Source: a virus (taxonomy: Duplodnaviria; Caudoviricetes). Taken from it: a stretch of 57,216 nucleotides of DNA. Position 1 is the stretch's first letter, and every line of letters starts with the position of its first letter. This document shows positions 53,783-57,216 of the stretch, piece after piece. The position numbers and the translations under genes were made by a program. The notes beneath the pieces are model-generated. The model was given only the letters and a program-made list of their open reading frames with translations, did not search any database and was not told the origin of the DNA. The stretch spans positions 1 through 57,216 of IMG/VR virus record IMGVR_UViG_3300035182_001074. The stretch is one strand, 5' to 3'.

Positions 53783-53866
53783 TGCTCTGTCCTTTTCTTT
53801 AAGTGCGCCCCAGGAGTTCACCCAGGATACCGCTCTTGGAATGATCCCAGGGCGCGGTGGACCCTA

Positions 53867-53906
53867 AGTTTCCCGCGAAAAAAATTGCAGCGGGGAAATT
53901 TTTTTT
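53867..53906 (-). promoter_or_regulatory. Putative promoter (A-tract, TTCCCC-N19-GAAACT)
   Basis: Head of the - arm; same spacing as the other two putative promoters. Confidence 0.5.
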
Positions 53907-53988
53907 GATTGCTGGCGACCTGGTAGCTTTGGAAAATGAACCTGTGGCGCAGGGTGGATGGTAATTGCAAGTGGACCTGTTCGCATGG

Positions 53989-54480
53989 GGTATGTTTTTC
54001 AGAGCAACCCCCCGTTTACGAGTTTTTTGGGACCCGTCCTCTGGGAACGCACCCCTCTATATAGGGGGGTAAAACACAAACAGGAATCCGCACTACAGCC
54101 TTTTCTGGAAAATGACGTTCTGCCGTTCTGGAACCTTGAAGAATGTGTGATAGACAGCATCTTGCGCAGAACGACAAAAGAACGACGAGAGATAAGCAGC
54201 GTTCTGTGGAAGAGGAAGTGTGAATGTTTTCAAATGGAAAGGACAGAACGTCAAGGATGAACTGTCTGTGAGATGCTCTGATGGACTGAAACATTATGAC
54301 AGATGAAGTGAGCCGAAGTGGAAGGAAACAAAAGACATAAGTGAGCTCCTAATCCGGCGCGCGCGAGAAAGTGCAAACAAGAATTCGTGTTTCACATTTA
54401 CCCCCCTATTAAGGGGAAGCGAAGTTTCCACTACGGGTCGCGAAAAACTCGTAAACTGGGGTTGCTGGAAAAAAGCTACC
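53989..54480. repeat. Long imperfect inverted repeat enclosing AGAACG hexamers; candidate origin or packaging site
   Basis: Arms at about 53989-54077 and 54388-54480, including ATAGGGGGGTAAA/TTTACCCCCCTAT and a 22/24 match. Confidence 0.75.
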
Positions 54481-54770
54481 CTCTGTGGAATGATGGGAAT
54501 GGGAATTGCAGTTTGTTGGGTGTGCGGAACTGTGGCGAAAAATTGGTGATTTGTTGATGAAATTGTGGTGCGGAAGCATCGAATCGTGCGGACGCAGGCA
54601 GGGCGCACATCCGCAAGTTCCCGGCTATGCTCAATTGAGCACTTTACAAAAAGATGTTTATTTTTCAAGGGTGATCCTTTCCAGGGCTGGAAAAAGGCGT
54701 AAACTTAAAGGTGTGCCAGCCACATTCGTTCGCAGGGCCTTGTGATTTTTCTCCTGACAGAGATTTATTT

Positions 54771-55394
54771 ATGGCAAAGAAAGTGAAACCACTCCCTCCG
54801 ATCAAACCTAAGAACGATAAGACAGATCAGCCTCTGTCTCCTTCTGGTGGAACACGTCGTGCGCCCAGGACAGCTTTCAAGAAGGGCCATGCGCCTCTGC
54901 CTGGTGCTGGTCGAAAGAAGGGAGTCCAGAACAAGGTCACTGTCTCTGTGAAGCAAGCACTCATTGATGCCTTTGATGGCCTTGGTGGTGTGCCTTCACT
55001 CATCAGGTGGGGAAGAGCGCATCCTGGCGACTTCTACAAGCTATGGTCTCGGCTGCTGCCAATTCAGGTCACAGGCGAAGGTGGTGGGCCTGTGGTAGTT
55101 GAGAACAAGCACGACCTGAGCAAATTGAGCATCGATGAGCTGACTACGCTTGCTGCGCTCGTTGACAAGGCAACCATTGCGCGAGCGGCTGCTGGGGAAA
55201 CGATCGCAGGAGGCGTTTCTATCCGGCTGCGCAGGTCTGATGTGCAGCGAGCTGCTGCCTCTGCTGCTGCCTCTGCTGCTGCCTCTGCTGCTGCTTCTGG
55301 CGATAGCGATGCCGATAGCGATAGCGATAGCGATGCTGCTGGTGTGCCACGAGAGTCTCCCCATACCTGTTCTTGTGAATGTGGAGATGATTGA
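54771..55394 (+). CDS. terS: Terminase small subunit with low-complexity tail
   Basis: FKKG....GAGRKKG..NK.T, FYKL..RLLP and .G..GGP motifs; precedes terL. Confidence 0.8.
   Translation: MAKKVKPLPPIKPKNDKTDQPLSPSGGTRRAPRTAFKKGHAPLPGAGRKKGVQNKVTVSVKQALIDAFDGLGGVPSLIRWGRAHPGDFYKLWSRLLPIQVTGEGGGPVVVENKHDLSKLSIDELTTLAALVDKATIARAAAGETIAGGVSIRLRRSDVQRAAASAAASAAASAAASGDSDADSDSDSDAAGVPRESPHTCSCECGDD
55251..55334. repeat. In-frame micro-repeats: (GCTGCTGCCTCT)x4, then (GATAGC)-type units
   Basis: Encode (AAAS)4 and GDSDADSDSDSD. Confidence 0.9.
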
Positions 55395-56938
55395 TGTCCT
55401 TGTCTGCGACGCTGGCTAGTCTGCCTTCGCTTGCTGAGATCAAGCAGGAGATAGCACGTCGCACACTTCTGGACTTCACTCGCTATACAAAGCCAGACTA
55501 TATCGTTGGATGGTTCAATGAGGAGCTGGCTGCGATCCTCGATCAGTTCCTTCAAGATGTGATTGATCAGAAGTCGCCACGCCTGATCATTATGGCGCCT
55601 CCTCGCCATGGCAAAACAGAGATCGCTTCTCGTCGTTTCCCTGCGTATGCTCTTGGTCGCTATCCTGATCTGACGTTCATCGCGACGAGCTATGCGAGTG
55701 ATCTTGCTAGCTCAATCAATCGTGATGTGCAGCGCATCATTGACTCTGAAGAGTATAGGGATCTGTTCCCTGGAACAAATCTGTGGGGCAAGAACATTCG
55801 CACAGTTGCTGATGGCAGCTACTTGCGCAACTCTGACATCTTTGAAGTTGTTGGGCGTCGTGGCGTATATAAGAGTGCTGGTGTTGGCGCAGGAATCGGC
55901 GGTCGTGGTGGCGAGGTTCTGATCGTTGATGATCCGATCAAGGATGCAGCTGAGGCTGCCAGCGCAGTTGTTCGCCAGAGCGTCTGGGACTGGTTCGCAT
56001 CTACGCTCTATACTCGCGCAATGCCTGGTGGTGGCATCGTTGTGATCATGACGCGCTGGCATGAAGCTGATCTTGCTGGTCGTCTGATTGAGAATGCGCA
56101 CAAGGGTGGTGAGCAATGGCAGATTGTTCGCTTCCCTGCAATCGCAGAGGAAGATGAATACAGCGCCATTGATGGGCGTCTGCTTCGGCGTGCTGGGGAG
56201 GCTCTGCACCCTGAGCGATACCCAATTGAGGCACTCAATCGCATTCGGACTGGCACTGCTGACTCTGTGGGCGTTGGGTCACGTGTGTTCGCATCACTCT
56301 ACCAGCAGCGACCGTCTGCTGCTGAGGGTGAGATCTTCAAGCGTGAGAACTGGGCATATCTGAAGCCACCCAAGCCACTGGCGCTGATGACGCATGGCGA
56401 GCGCAGCAGCTACTTCCACAGCCTGGGAATTCGTTCAGTCATTCAGGCATGGGACACTGCGCTTGGTGGGAAGAAGGAGCACGACTACACCGCATGCACT
56501 ACGCTGGGTGTTGCTGACTATCGCTACTATGTCCTGGATGTGTGGCGTGATCGTTTGGAGTTCCCTGATGCGCTGAAGCAGGTTGAACTGCTCTATGACA
56601 TGTGGCGACCGCATCGGGTCGTTGTTGAAGGTGGTGGATCTGCGAGCGGCAAGGCGACCATCCAGACGCTTCAGCGTTCAACACGCATCCCATTCAAGGA
56701 GGTGCCCACAGTCACTGACAAGGTGTTCCGTGCTCACCGCATCAGCCCAACGCACGAGTCTAAACTGATCACAATCATTGAGGACGGTGGTTGGCAGGCG
56801 TCGTTCGTTGATCAGTGCGCGAACTTCCCCAACATCAAGGTTGATGATGATGTGGACTCCTTCATGATCTCGATGGAAGCTGCTATGGCCTCTAGCAAGA
56901 TGCACATCTCCGACGAACTCCTTAGTCGGCTGGGGTGA
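55394..56938 (+). CDS. terL: Terminase large subunit
   Basis: PPRHGKT Walker A, IVDDP.KD, MTRWH..DL.G, LYQQ.P, WDTA and FP....DD.VDS. Confidence 0.95.
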   Translation: MSLSATLASLPSLAEIKQEIARRTLLDFTRYTKPDYIVGWFNEELAAILDQFLQDVIDQKSPRLIIMAPPRHGKTEIASRRFPAYALGRYPDLTFIATSYASDLASSINRDVQRIIDSEEYRDLFPGTNLWGKNIRTVADGSYLRNSDIFEVVGRRGVYKSAGVGAGIGGRGGEVLIVDDPIKDAAEAASAVVRQSVWDWFASTLYTRAMPGGGIVVIMTRWHEADLAGRLIENAHKGGEQWQIVRFPAIAEEDEYSAIDGRLLRRAGEALHPERYPIEALNRIRTGTADSVGVGSRVFASLYQQRPSAAEGEIFKRENWAYLKPPKPLALMTHGERSSYFHSLGIRSVIQAWDTALGGKKEHDYTACTTLGVADYRYYVLDVWRDRLEFPDALKQVELLYDMWRPHRVVVEGGGSASGKATIQTLQRSTRIPFKEVPTVTDKVFRAHRISPTHESKLITIIEDGGWQASFVDQCANFPNIKVDDDVDSFMISMEAAMASSKMHISDELLSRLG

Positions 56939-56941
56939 TCT

Positions 56942-57216
56942 GTGAATCATTTCTTCAGCAAACTCTTCCGCAGGCCCAAGGTGGTGCAGGATCTCCCGGC
57001 TGTCCTTGGGCCCAAGACGCCAGAAGAGCAGCTCGCTGAGCGTCGCGAAAAGTTCCAGGAGGGTGTGCGTCGCGCTGTTGAGATTTACAACACAGAGCGT
57101 GGTCATGGTGGGCTGGTGTTCCCTCGCTTCCCCATGGAACCATATGTGCCGCCCAAAGGTGTTGTTCCTTCAGAGCAGATCCAGCATGTGCTGGCCATGG
57201 ATGCTTCGTGGAAGAA
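56942..57216 (+). CDS. Portal protein, 5' part (continues at position 128)
   Basis: GTG start 3 nt after the terL stop; open frame MNHFFSKLF...GLVFPRFPMEPY, in frame with the ORF at 27-1811. Confidence 0.85.
   Translation, partial: MNHFFSKLFRRPKVVQDLPAVLGPKTPEEQLAERREKFQEGVRRAVEIYNTERGHGGLVFPRFPMEPYVPPKGVVPSEQIQHVLAMDASWK
57090..57216. repeat. Terminal direct repeat (assembly overlap), copy 2
   Basis: Identical to 1-127. Confidence 0.95.

Noticed and set aside
53958-54745. ORFs in the divergent gap (53958-54260, 54016-54294, 54294-54668, 54506-54745)
   Set aside because: Atypical composition and no RBS; they overlap the inverted-repeat structure, so the region is treated as non-coding.
57090-57216. 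127-bp terminal repeat as a biological direct terminal repeat
   Set aside because: The length matches a standard assembly k-mer and it falls inside the portal ORF. It indicates circular assembly, not physical genome ends.
1-57216. Temperate lifestyle, tRNA genes or alternative genetic code
   Set aside because: No integrase, repressor, ParA or cloverleaf recognised by eye. Genes tile normally with code 11 and use all three stop codons.

Overview
This window is one apparently complete, circularly assembled tailed-phage genome of about 57,089 bp. Bases 1-127 are repeated exactly at 57090-57216, and the portal gene runs across that join. The + arm (54771 through the join to 26423) is a contractile-tail (myovirus) virion and lysis operon of the Bcep781/PB1-like type: TerS, TerL, DUF1073 portal, MuF, DUF2213 protease, scaffold, DUF2184 capsid, DUF4054 adaptor, DUF3383 sheath, tube, tape measure, baseplate, fibres, GH108 endolysin and holin. 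The - arm (53782 to 26497) carries early and replication genes: AEP primase, UvrD and SNF2 helicases, DnaE, a DEDDh exonuclease and a histone-H1-like protein. I found no integrase, repressor, tRNA or CRISPR array. Most notable observations: (1) three tandem type II hammerhead ribozymes with covarying stems and a covarying pseudoknot, each about 60 nt upstream of an early gene and preceded by a roughly 390-nt structured non-coding leader; (2) an array of integron attC-like sites, oriented opposite to and translated through small accessory genes, with no IntI present; (3) a candidate DNA-hypermodification cluster (FAD oxidoreductase, carbamoyltransferase, atypical ThyX, HAD phosphatase) next to DnaE; (4) polyprotein-like His/Ala cargo modules on the portal and prohead protease; (5) a circularly permuted baseplate-plug domain fused to a fibre. 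All family assignments come from motif recognition by eye, not from database searches.
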